From: Vulcanimicrobiota bacterium
GTDB lineage: Bacteria; Vulcanimicrobiota; Vulcanimicrobiia; Vulcanimicrobiales; Vulcanimicrobiaceae
DNA length: 64,000 bases
Reading direction: 5' to 3'
NCBI GenBank assembly: GCA_963733295.1
Contig: CAVTCS010000003.1
Span: forward strand, 1,920,001-1,984,000
Numbering within the stretch: position 1 is the stretch's first letter; the number at the start of each line of letters is the position of its first letter. The notes beneath the pieces are model-generated. The model searched no databases, was not told where the DNA came from, and saw nothing but the letters and a program-made list of their open reading frames with translations. The translations under genes were made by a program, and so were the position numbers. This document shows positions 18,876 through 27,635 of this stretch, piece by piece.

Positions 18876-18904
18876 GAAACTCTTAAGCTTCGGGGTGCGG
18901 TCTA
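18876..18904 (+). promoter_or_regulatory. Candidate ECF-type autoregulatory promoter (GAAAC-N19-GTCTA)
   Basis: AAC-containing -35 and GTCTA -10, 7 nt before the sigma GTG. Confidence 0.4.
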
Positions 18905-18911
18905 GGCGCTC

Positions 18912-19598
18912 GTGAGTGCTCTTGCCCCGCTCCTGTATCAGGAGTTTCGCGTGGTTCCACCGGCGAGGACCGTGGAGCGCAGGCCGGCGCCGCCGGCCTC
19001 GTCGCCGCCGCGATCCGCGGGCTCGATTCCGTCGACCGAGGGCTTCGAGAAGATCGTCGACGAGTTTCAGAGGAGGCTCTACGGCTTCGCCCTGCGGATG
19101 ACCGGCAATCGCGAGGATGCCGAGGAGATCGTCCAGGACGCGTTCGTGCGCGCTTTCCGCGCCCTCGGAAAAATGACGCCGGAGCAGCGCGCCGAGCTGC
19201 GGCTGCAACCTTGGCTCTACACGATCACGTTAAACGTAACGAGAAACCGATTGCGCTCGAAGCGCCCGACGAACGTCGCGCTGGACGCGCTGGCCGATCC
19301 CGATGCGTTGCTCAACCACACGCAGGAAGGGCCGGAGCAGCCGGAAGCGATCGTCCAGCGTGGTGCCGACATGGTCCTGGTGGAACAGGCGCTGCTCCAA
19401 TTGCCGATGCACTTGCGAGCCGCTGCGACGCTCCGGTTTATCGAAGGGCACAGTCATCCCGAGATTGCGGAAATCTTGAACCAGCCGATCGGAACGGTGA
19501 AGTCGCACGTCCATCGAGCCGTGCGCATACTGCGGCGAATCCTCGGCCCGCAAGTCGGGCGCCTCGTGCCGAACGGAGATGCAAATGCGGTGCAGTGA
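18912..19598 (+). CDS. ECF RNA polymerase sigma factor
   Basis: Region 2 DAEEIVQDAF...WLYTITLN; region 4 SHPEIAEILNQPIGTVKSHVHRA. Confidence 0.95.
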   Translation: MSALAPLLYQEFRVVPPARTVERRPAPPASSPPRSAGSIPSTEGFEKIVDEFQRRLYGFALRMTGNREDAEEIVQDAFVRAFRALGKMTPEQRAELRLQPWLYTITLNVTRNRLRSKRPTNVALDALADPDALLNHTQEGPEQPEAIVQRGADMVLVEQALLQLPMHLRAAATLRFIEGHSHPEIAEILNQPIGTVKSHVHRAVRILRRILGPQVGRLVPNGDANAVQ

Positions 19599-20322
19599 CG
19601 TCGAACTGCTCTGGGATGAGATGCGGGACGGAGGCGAACCGCAAAGCGAGCACGCTGTCGTGCACCTTCGATCGTGTCGCCACTGCCAAGACCTTTACCG
19701 CCAGTTCGAGGGCGTCGCCTACTGCCTCTCATGTTTGCCGATCGTCGAACCGCCCCCGAGCCTCGTGCCGCGTATCCTGGATCACATAAAGACGGTCCGC
19801 AAGCAGTACCGTCATTCCAAAGCCGACGCGTTCGCGCGGATCGGCTCGCCGCTCGCAGATTTGTTCATCGCCTGGCGCGACTCGGCGATCACCTTCGTCG
19901 GAATAGACCGCGGCGGGGACGTCGAGGAGGTTCGCGCCCAGATCGAACGGCGCTTGAGCCGGCCGGTACGCTCGGCCGAACCTCCCGGCTGGGTGCGCGA
20001 AGCCGTCCAAAACTATTTCCGCACCTGGCGCGTGGACTTCGACCGCATCGACGTCTCGGAGTTGACCGCATTCGAGCGCGCCGCACTGCGCAAGGCAGCC
20101 GAGATTCCGCCCGGCGAGGTCCGTTCGTACGGCTGGATCGCACGCGAGATCGGCCATCCGCAAGCCGCCCGCGCGGTCGGCCAGGCGATGGCGCGCAACC
20201 CGGTCGCCCTGTTCTTCCCGTGCCACCGGGTTGTCGACTCCACCGGCGCGCTTCACCGGTACGGCTACGGCGTCGAGCTCAAGGCTAGGATCCTGAGCAT
20301 GGAAGGCTATCGCAAGCCGTAA
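19585..20322 (+). CDS. ogt: Zinc-finger anti-sigma (zf-HC2) fused to methylated-DNA-protein-cysteine methyltransferase
   Basis: N-terminal C-x23-HLRSCRHC; C-terminal IPPGEVRSYGWIA, ARAVGQAMARNP and PCHRVV active site. Confidence 0.9.
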   Translation: MRCSDVELLWDEMRDGGEPQSEHAVVHLRSCRHCQDLYRQFEGVAYCLSCLPIVEPPPSLVPRILDHIKTVRKQYRHSKADAFARIGSPLADLFIAWRDSAITFVGIDRGGDVEEVRAQIERRLSRPVRSAEPPGWVREAVQNYFRTWRVDFDRIDVSELTAFERAALRKAAEIPPGEVRSYGWIAREIGHPQAARAVGQAMARNPVALFFPCHRVVDSTGALHRYGYGVELKARILSMEGYRKP

Positions 20323-20341
20323 CGTGCTCTAGGAATGCAGG

Positions 20342-20557
20342 GTCCGCATACCCGCAGGCACAACTCCCAGCGCCATACGACGTCCGCAGCTCCTTCAGAA
20401 ATAAACGAAACGAAGGCATAACGGCGGACCAAAGGGAGGTGATCATCGTTAGTTCCGAAGGCAATCAACGAAACACCACGATGATTGGAGGTGCGCAGAC
20501 CTAGTCTGCGCTTCGTACTCACCCCAAGTCCGCCGGCCGTAGTGCCGGCTTTTTTTT
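20342..20557 (+). ncRNA. Candidate structured RNA / attenuator leader
   Basis: Several perfect stems (ATCATCGT/ACGATGAT; GCGCAGAC/GTCTGCGC; CGGCGGAC/GTCCGCCG) ending in a terminator; family not recognised. Confidence 0.5.
20532..20557 (+). terminator. Intrinsic terminator
   Basis: GCCGGC-cgtagt-GCCGGC followed by T8. Confidence 0.85.
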
Positions 20558-20606
20558 GTTCTCAGGATGGCGCGGAGCGAGTTTGCTCGAATCTGCGCGG
20601 GAAGCG

Positions 20607-22325
20607 ATGAACGACAACGAGCGCGACCCGCGGATCGACGCGATCCCGGACATCCACGGGCACGCCAAGGGCGAGCACAAACCGTATGCCGAGGAGCGGC
20701 CGATCCCGTATTCGGGTCGGATGCTCTTCTTATGGTTCTTCCACGCGTGCCGGCGCGGCTCGCCGCGCTTCATGATGGTCGCAGACCACATGAACTACCT
20801 GACCTTCGAGGATCCCGCAGCCGTGAATCTCGTCCGGCGCGCGCTCAAGCTCGCCGCCGCCGGCGACCTCTACGGAGCGGCCGAGACTGCCGGGGTCGAA
20901 CTCGGCCACGCCGCGGTCGTCTCCGACGGACTGCGCAAGGGGATGCACTATTCGATCGGCGCCGAGGTCGACAACGACCCGCGCAGCCGGCCGGACGCGC
21001 AGAACATCGTCGACGCGATGAAGCCCGACGGAATGATCCGCTCAGTGCATTTCCTGACGATCGATCACCCCGACCACGGTGCCGGCTGGCAGTGGCCGTT
21101 CGACAACCCGGAGTTCAAGGACGTCTTCGACATCGTCGGGACGGACAAGACCTGGGAACTCTACATGGCGACGCTGCTGGAGGCCATCGAAAAGCTGCCG
21201 GGTCAAATCGTGGGCCACTTCTACGTTCCGGCGAAGTTCGGCAATTGGCCGAACGATGAGACGTTGTCCCGCTACGAAGATCAGCTGATCGATGCGTGCC
21301 TCGCGCGCGGCGCCGCGATCGAGATCAACGCGCGCTTCTTCTACCGGATCTTCGAAGGCGACGAAGCCAATCTGAAAAAGTATCGCGACGCGACCCTGCG
21401 CCTGCTGAAAAAGGCGAAAGCCAAAGGCGTGCAAGTCGCGGTCGGGTCGGACGCGCACAGTCCGAAGGACCAAGGGCGCGGTTTCGACGAGGTGCTGCGC
21501 CTGCTTGACGCCGCGGGGATCAACGAGATCGCGTTTCCGATCAACGGGCGTCTCGCCCGCGTCGCACTCAAGGCGACCGAAGAGCTGCTCAAACTGCGTT
21601 CGGTGCCGCCGCCGCCGCCGGTCGGCAGCAGCGTAACCGGCTTCGGGCGCGCCGAATTGGCGGCCGCGTCGCGGAACGGCGGTGCGAGCCTGCAGGACGA
21701 AGTCGAAGAACACGTCGAGCGCGAGAAGCGCACCGCATCGGCGGTAAAGACCGCGGTGAAGTCGGCCGCCGCGAAGCGCGCCGCCGCCGGCCCGAAGGGC
21801 TCCGCCTCGCTCGCCAGCGACGGCGCGGCTGCGTCGAAGCGGGCCGCCGCTCTCAAGGGAGTGGCCGGGAAGGCCGCCTCCGCGGTAAAGACGGCGGCCA
21901 AAGCGGTGGTTCCGAAAGCCGCTGCTCAGTCGAAAACGACCGCACCAAAGGTCGCCGGCAAAGCCGCCCTGGCCAGGGGCGCGGCTCCGAAGGCGGGCAA
22001 AGCAAAGGTGTCCGCGCTCAAACCTGCGGCGAAACCCGCCGCCGCGAAAGGCCGCGGGAAACCCGCAGCCAAGGCGCCGGTCAAGAAAGCCGCGCAGGTG
22101 AAAAAGGCCGCGGCCGCCGCGCGCAAAGCCAAAAAGACCGTTACCAAGAAAGTGCCCGCCAAAGCGGCGGTAAAGAAAAAGATCCCGCTCAAAGCCAAGG
22201 CCTCCGTCAAGAAAAGCGCTCCGCTCCGGCGTCCCGCCGGGAAGAAGTCAAGCGCTAAACGCGCGCCGGCCATCCATAAGAGCGCAGCCAAGAAAGGCCC
22301 CGCAAAAAAAGCTAAACGGAGGTAA
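20607..22325 (+). CDS. PHP-family phosphoesterase (HisJ-like) with Lys/Ala-rich histone-H1-like C-terminal tail
   Basis: DIHGH, ADHM, GAEVD, SVH, IVGH, IEIN and GSDAH motifs; about 200 aa of AAKK/PAKK-type low complexity. Confidence 0.88.
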   Translation: MNDNERDPRIDAIPDIHGHAKGEHKPYAEERPIPYSGRMLFLWFFHACRRGSPRFMMVADHMNYLTFEDPAAVNLVRRALKLAAAGDLYGAAETAGVELGHAAVVSDGLRKGMHYSIGAEVDNDPRSRPDAQNIVDAMKPDGMIRSVHFLTIDHPDHGAGWQWPFDNPEFKDVFDIVGTDKTWELYMATLLEAIEKLPGQIVGHFYVPAKFGNWPNDETLSRYEDQLIDACLARGAAIEINARFFYRIFEGDEANLKKYRDATLRLLKKAKAKGVQVAVGSDAHSPKDQGRGFDEVLRLLDAAGINEIAFPINGRLARVALKATEELLKLRSVPPPPPVGSSVTGFGRAELAAASRNGGASLQDEVEEHVEREKRTASAVKTAVKSAAAKRAAAGPKGSASLASDGAAASKRAAALKGVAGKAASAVKTAAKAVVPKAAAQSKTTAPKVAGKAALARGAAPKAGKAKVSALKPAAKPAAAKGRGKPAAKAPVKKAAQVKKAAAAARKAKKTVTKKVPAKAAVKKKIPLKAKASVKKSAPLRRPAGKKSSAKRAPAIHKSAAKKGPAKKAKRR

Positions 22326-22331
22326 GGCGCC

Positions 22332-24347
22332 ATGGGAGACATCGCTCGTCGCCGCAACGTCGCGTTCGTCGGGCCGCATCACGCGGGAAAGACCTCGCTG
22401 ATCGAAGCGCTGCTCTTGCAGTGCGGAGCGATTCCACGGCGCGGTTCGGTATCCGACGGAACGACGACGACCGACCACGAGCCCGAGTCGATCGACCGCG
22501 GCCAGTCGACCTGCGTGAGCTTCGCGCACGCGGAGACGCCGGCGATCGACCTGACGATCGTCGACTGTCCCGGATTCGTCGAATTCGTCGAAGAGGCGAA
22601 GCTGGCGCTGCTGGCTGCCGACGCGGCGGTCATCGTCATCGACGCCGACCCGTCGCGCGTTCGCCAGACGCGTGCGCTCGTCGAGTTTCTCGAAGCGCGC
22701 AAGATGCCGCATTGCTTCTTCGTCAATAAGCTCGACAAGCCGGGCAGCGATTTCCGCGGGACGCTCGGCGAGCTCAAAGCGCTGTTCGGGAACCGCATCG
22801 TTGCCGAACACCTCCCGATCGGCGAAGGCGAACACTTCCGCGGCTACATCGATCTCGCCGAGCGGCGCGCCTTCGTGCTCGAAAAGGGCGCCGCGGTCGA
22901 GATCGAGATCGAAGCCGAGCTTGCGGGACCGGTGCAAGAGGCGCGCACGCAACTGCTCGAGGCGCTGGGCGATTTCGACGATCATCTGCTCGAGGAATTG
23001 CTCGACGGCATCGAGCCGCCGCTCGAAGAGGTTCGCAAAGATCTGCGCGACGAGACCTCGCGCGATCTGCTCGTTCCCGTACTCGTCGGCGCGGGCCTCA
23101 CCGACATCGGGATTTCCGCGAGCGCGCTGCTGGAAGTGATCGAGCGGCAGTTCCCGGCGCCGGAAGGCGACCCGGCGGCACCGCTCGTCGCGCAAGTCTG
23201 CAAGACGATCGTGCACGCACAATCCGGTAAACTCTCCGTCGTGCGCGTGTTCGCAGGCACGCTCGGCGCCGACGCGGCGCTCGTCGACACGACGCGCGAC
23301 GGCATGAAAGTCCGCGCCGCCGGTCTGTACCGGCTGCAAGGCAAGAAGCAAGAACCGGCGGTCAGCGCGGGGCCCGGGGAGATCGTGGCGATCGCGAGGC
23401 TCGAGGGTGTTCAAACCGGCGACACGCTCGTCAACAACGGCGCCAAAACGGTCCTTCCGGTCCCCGAGGTCGCCGAACCGCTGTACGCGGTCGCCATCAA
23501 GCCGAAAGAGAAACTGGACGAGGCGAAGCTCTCTCAGATGCTGGCGCGCATCATCGAGGAAGACCCGCTCCTGCGGCTCGAGCGCGCCCAGTTCACGAGC
23601 GAACTTCAGCTGTTGGGTCTGGGCGAGGTGCACGTCGCGACCGCGATGCAGCGCCTAGCGCGCAAGTATCATCTCGCGCTCGAGATGCATCCGCCGAGCG
23701 TCGCTTACCGCGAAACGATCGGACAAATGTTCGAATCGCACGCGCGTTACAAACATCAGACGGGTGGCCACGGTCAGTTCGCCGACGTCACGCTGCGCAT
23801 CGAACCGCGTCCGCGCGGCGCCGGTTTTGCGTTCGCGACCGCGATCGTGGGCGGCGTCGTTCCCAAACAGTTCTTTCCCGCGGTCGAAAAAGGCGTGCGC
23901 GAAGCGCTCGGCAAGGGTCCCATCGCCGGCTACCCGGTCGTCGACTTGCAAGTCACTTTGATCGACGGAGCGTTTCACGCCGTCGATTCCAGCGAGCAGT
24001 CGTTCAAAACGGCGTCCGCGCTCGCGATGCGGGAGGGCTTGCCGCGCTGCGTGCCGCTCCTCCTCGAGCCGGTCGTTCACCTCGAGGCAATCGTGCCCGA
24101 CGAGAGCGCCTCGGCGATCCTGAGCGGCATTACCGCTAAACGTGGGCAGGTGCTGTCGTTCGAGCCCTCCGAACGCCGTGGTTTTCAGCGCGTCGTCGCC
24201 TGCGCTCCGCAGGCGGAGGTGGGGAACTACATCACCGAGTTGCGGACCGCGACGCAGGGACTCGGCACGTACAGCTGGCGACACGAGCGCTTCGATCCCG
24301 CACCGCCGAAGATCTCGCAGCAGCTACGGGAAACTGCAGCGGTTTAA
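22332..24347 (+). CDS. Elongation factor G paralogue (EF-G2-like)
   Basis: GPHHAGKTS, DCPG, NKLD, GLGEVH, VAYRETI, KHQTGGHGQFA, HAVDSSE, LLEP. Confidence 0.92.
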   Translation: MGDIARRRNVAFVGPHHAGKTSLIEALLLQCGAIPRRGSVSDGTTTTDHEPESIDRGQSTCVSFAHAETPAIDLTIVDCPGFVEFVEEAKLALLAADAAVIVIDADPSRVRQTRALVEFLEARKMPHCFFVNKLDKPGSDFRGTLGELKALFGNRIVAEHLPIGEGEHFRGYIDLAERRAFVLEKGAAVEIEIEAELAGPVQEARTQLLEALGDFDDHLLEELLDGIEPPLEEVRKDLRDETSRDLLVPVLVGAGLTDIGISASALLEVIERQFPAPEGDPAAPLVAQVCKTIVHAQSGKLSVVRVFAGTLGADAALVDTTRDGMKVRAAGLYRLQGKKQEPAVSAGPGEIVAIARLEGVQTGDTLVNNGAKTVLPVPEVAEPLYAVAIKPKEKLDEAKLSQMLARIIEEDPLLRLERAQFTSELQLLGLGEVHVATAMQRLARKYHLALEMHPPSVAYRETIGQMFESHARYKHQTGGHGQFADVTLRIEPRPRGAGFAFATAIVGGVVPKQFFPAVEKGVREALGKGPIAGYPVVDLQVTLIDGAFHAVDSSEQSFKTASALAMREGLPRCVPLLLEPVVHLEAIVPDESASAILSGITAKRGQVLSFEPSERRGFQRVVACAPQAEVGNYITELRTATQGLGTYSWRHERFDPAPPKISQQLRETAAV

Positions 24348-24363
24348 CTAATATCCTTAGGTC

Positions 24364-25995
24364 GTGCGGAGACTCTTAGCGTGCGCGCTGTCCCTTTTCG
24401 TGCTCGCCGCGTGTACGCGCGTCGGGAGCGGTAGCGAGTCCGCGGCAGGCCGTCATGCTTGGACGCAGCCGGACGTCCTGCGCATCGGCTCGCAAACGGC
24501 CCCGAACTCGCTCAACCCGATCCTGTCCAGCAACACGACCGAAGGGATGATCGACCGCCTGCTGTTTGACGTGCTCGTGACCGCCGACGAGCAGGGCAGG
24601 CAGGTACCTTCGCTTGCGAGCGAAGTCCCGACGCTCGAGAACGGCGGGATCGCGAAAGACGGGATGAGCGTCACCTACCACTTGCGGGAAGAAGCAAGGT
24701 GGCACGACGGCGTTTTGATCACCAGCAAGGACGTCGCGTTCTCGTGGCGCGCCATCATGAATCCGAAGAACAACGTCATCGGGCGCAACGGATACGATCT
24801 CGTTTCCTCGGTCGATACGCCCGACGACGAAACGGTCGTCTTTCATCTCAAGCAGAAGTTCTCGCCCTTCGTCAACACGGTTTTCGGTGAGAGCGACGAC
24901 GCTTTTGAAGTGTTGCCCGAGCACCTGCTCGGCAAGTACCCGGACATCAACCACATCCCATTTAACTCGGCGCCGATCGGCAGCGGGCCGTTCAAGTTCA
25001 AGGAATGGGCGCGCGGAGACCACATCACGCTCGTTGCGAACGAAAACTACTTCCTAGGCACGCCCAAGCTCAAAGAGATCATCATCAAATTCATCCCCGA
25101 CGAGAACACCGAGCTCAACCAGTTGCGCACGCACGACCTCGACTGGCAGTTCGAGGCCTCGCCCAACGAGTATAAGGGCCTGCTGACGGTTCCCGACATC
25201 AAGGTCGTGCTTCAGGACCGGAACGAGTACGAGCTGGTTCAGATGAACCTCAAGCACCCGCCGCTCGACGACCTCCGCGTGCGCCAAGCGATCGCGTACG
25301 CACTCGACAACGCAAAGCTCACGCACGACCTCACGGCGGGCTCGGCTACCGCGGCCGACCAAGATCTGCCTCCCTTCATGTGGGCTCACGCGCAGAACAT
25401 CACCCGTTACCCGTTCGACCCCGCGAAATCGAAGGCACTCCTCGCGCAAGCCGGCTGGACGCCCGGCCCGGACGGCTTCTTGCAGAAGAACGGTCAGCGC
25501 CTGAGTTTGGTGCTCGTCACCAACAACAGCAACGCCACGCGGCGGCTGGCCGTCGTGCAAGTTCAGAACATGCTCCGTGCCGTCGGTATCGACGTGGAGA
25601 TCAAATTCTACTTAGGGGCGCTCCTCTTCGCGACGATGGCCGAAGGCGGGATCCTGCAAAACGGCCACTACGACTTGTCCTGGAACGGCTGGGTGGCCGG
25701 CATCGATCCCGATCAGTCGACGCTCTACATGTGCAAAGCCCAACCACCGAACGGGAACAACACGTCCCACTACTGCAACGCCGAACTCGACGCGGCCGAA
25801 GAAAAAGCCCTGACCAACTTCGATATTCCGACGCGTAAGACGGCATACGGCGTCATCGAAGCGCTTCTGACGCGCGACATGCCGGTGGACGCGATCTGGT
25901 GGCCGCGGCAGATCCAACCGATCAACCCCGATTTCAAAGGCTTCCGTCCGAATCCGGTCACGGCTTCATGGAACTCGTACCAATGGGAGATCTAG
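24364..25995 (+). CDS. Peptide/nickel ABC substrate-binding lipoprotein (family 5)
   Basis: LAAC lipobox; ARWHDG..ITSKDVAFSW, PIGSGPFK, DLRVRQAIAYA. Confidence 0.93.
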   Translation: MRRLLACALSLFVLAACTRVGSGSESAAGRHAWTQPDVLRIGSQTAPNSLNPILSSNTTEGMIDRLLFDVLVTADEQGRQVPSLASEVPTLENGGIAKDGMSVTYHLREEARWHDGVLITSKDVAFSWRAIMNPKNNVIGRNGYDLVSSVDTPDDETVVFHLKQKFSPFVNTVFGESDDAFEVLPEHLLGKYPDINHIPFNSAPIGSGPFKFKEWARGDHITLVANENYFLGTPKLKEIIIKFIPDENTELNQLRTHDLDWQFEASPNEYKGLLTVPDIKVVLQDRNEYELVQMNLKHPPLDDLRVRQAIAYALDNAKLTHDLTAGSATAADQDLPPFMWAHAQNITRYPFDPAKSKALLAQAGWTPGPDGFLQKNGQRLSLVLVTNNSNATRRLAVVQVQNMLRAVGIDVEIKFYLGALLFATMAEGGILQNGHYDLSWNGWVAGIDPDQSTLYMCKAQPPNGNNTSHYCNAELDAAEEKALTNFDIPTRKTAYGVIEALLTRDMPVDAIWWPRQIQPINPDFKGFRPNPVTASWNSYQWEI

Positions 25996-26537
25996 ATCCA
26001 CAGAAATCGCGCCTCTCCCAGATTCCCGAGCTGCGCTGGCTCGTCAACATGATCGTCGAGCGCGCGCTGACGCGCGGCGACTATTTGCTCGCCGGCGGCA
26101 TCCGGAGCGACTACTACATCGACAAGTTCCGGCTCTTCGCCGACCCGGACGTCCTGCGCCGGATCGCGCGCCTCTTTACGCCGGTCGTGACCGAGGTACA
26201 ACCCAGTCTCATCGCCGGGACCGAACTCGGCGGCGTCATCTTGGCGACGGCGGTTTCGCAGATGACCGGAATTCCGATGATCGTCGTGCGCAAGTCGCCC
26301 AAAGCGTACGGCGCGTTCGCCGACGAGTACGTCGAAGGTCCGTACGAGGCCGGTCAGCGCGTTCTGCTGCTTGAAGACGTCGTCACGAACGGCCGCGAGG
26401 TGCTGCTCGCCAAGTCGCGCCTCGAAGAACTCCGGCTCGAAGTCCACGTCCACGCCGTCATCAGTCGCGGTCTCGCGCCGATCAAGTCGCTCGTGCAGTT
26501 CTCCCTGCCACGCGGGAACGCCAAGACCGACAACTAG
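25983..26537 (+). CDS. Orotate phosphoribosyltransferase-like protein
   Basis: SDYYIDK, ELGG, VRKSPKAYG, PRPP motif VLLLEDVVTNG. Confidence 0.82.
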   Translation: MGDLDPQKSRLSQIPELRWLVNMIVERALTRGDYLLAGGIRSDYYIDKFRLFADPDVLRRIARLFTPVVTEVQPSLIAGTELGGVILATAVSQMTGIPMIVVRKSPKAYGAFADEYVEGPYEAGQRVLLLEDVVTNGREVLLAKSRLEELRLEVHVHAVISRGLAPIKSLVQFSLPRGNAKTDN

Positions 26538-26631
26538 CGCGCTCGCAGCGGAACCTGGGGTGCCGCGGTTGAAGCCGCGATTCCGCGGGAAAGCGTCGCC
26601 CAATCCGCGCCGTTACCAGAGGAGTGACGTG

Positions 26632-26832
26632 ATGGAAGATCAGCCAGCCGCTACGACTTCCGATGTGAAAGCCAAGATCATCAAGGAAATCATACCGGGA
26701 GCTTCCCCCGAACTCGTGAGAGAAGTCCTCGAGGACCTGACCGAACACACCGTACCGAGTCCCTCCTCCGAAGAGGTCGAGCTCGAGCGCATCCATCGCG
26801 CTCAGATCGAGGAAGCGGCCGAGGGAACCTAG
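26632..26832 (+). CDS. Small acidic hypothetical protein
   Basis: GAGGAG RBS; 66-aa helical acidic ORF. Confidence 0.65.
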   Translation: MEDQPAATTSDVKAKIIKEIIPGASPELVREVLEDLTEHTVPSPSSEEVELERIHRAQIEEAAEGT

Positions 26833-26834
26833 AG

Positions 26835-27635
26835 CTACTCGATCTCGAGCCGGTCCAGATCGTCGGCGACGGCGATCGGTCCGTCGAACCGCGATTCGGC
26901 TTCGCTGTGAAGTTCGGCCGGCGTGGTTTCGGTCGGGTAGTGGGTCAGCACCAGCCGCTCGACGGAAGCGTTGTGCGCGATAAGGCCCGCTTCGGCCGCG
27001 GACATGTGCCCCCGCTCCGCCGGTTCGACTTCGTTCGGTAAGAGCGTCGACTCGCACAGGAACAGGTTCGCGTCGCGGGCCAGCTCGGTGAGCGCGCTGT
27101 CGGGAGCGGCGTCGGAGGAGTAGCACAGCGCGGAGCGGTCGACTTCGTAGCGCGTCGCGAAGGTCGGGATGAAATGCACCGTTCTCGCGAAGCGCACGGT
27201 CGTCTCGCCGATCTGCAAAGCGGCCTCTGGGTCGAACGTATGAACCTCAAAAACCTCGGCCAGGAAGTCGTGCCGCGATTCGCGCGCGAAAGCTTCGACC
27301 ATGCGCCGCAGCATCGCCTCGCCGCCCGGCGGCAGGTAGAGCTTGACGCGGCGAGCGGTCGTCCGGGGGCCGTACTTCAGCTCGTAACGCATCGGGATCA
27401 AATCGATGAAATGATCCGCGTGCATGTGGCTGATGACCACCGCATCCAGGCGTTCCGAGGGCAGGACGCGCCGCAAGTTCGAGAGCGCGCCAGTTCCCAG
27501 ATCGGTCGCGATGGCGCTGCCGCCGCCTTCAACGAGGTAGCCGCTGCACGCCCTGCCGGGGCGAGGGATCGAAGAACTGGATCCCAGTACCGTCACGCGG
27601 AGCGTTGCGGTCGAGAGCGGCGCAGAGGCCTCCAC
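26835..27635 (-). CDS. MBL-fold metallohydrolase (RNase Z/phosphodiesterase-like)
   Basis: TVLGSS, DLGTG, SHMHADH, YSSD, GHMS, LTHY; GTG overlaps the bcp stop. Confidence 0.9.
   Translation of the reverse strand: MEASAPLSTATLRVTVLGSSSSIPRPGRACSGYLVEGGGSAIATDLGTGALSNLRRVLPSERLDAVVISHMHADHFIDLIPMRYELKYGPRTTARRVKLYLPPGGEAMLRRMVEAFARESRHDFLAEVFEVHTFDPEAALQIGETTVRFARTVHFIPTFATRYEVDRSALCYSSDAAPDSALTELARDANLFLCESTLLPNEVEPAERGHMSAAEAGLIAHNASVERLVLTHYPTETTPAELHSEAESRFDGPIAVADDLDRLEIE

Noticed and set aside
20335..20440. Resemblance to ykkC-type riboswitches (AGGGTCCGC; ACGGCGG..AAAG.GGAGG) or hammerhead ribozyme (CGAAAC)
   Set aside because: Core conserved elements and spacing do not match (no AAAAGCCCGGGAG, no CTGAnGA); kept as an unassigned RNA.
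20431..20444. Fragment of a 16S rRNA 3' end on the minus strand
   Set aside because: The match covers only the anti-SD complement and there is no flanking rRNA sequence.
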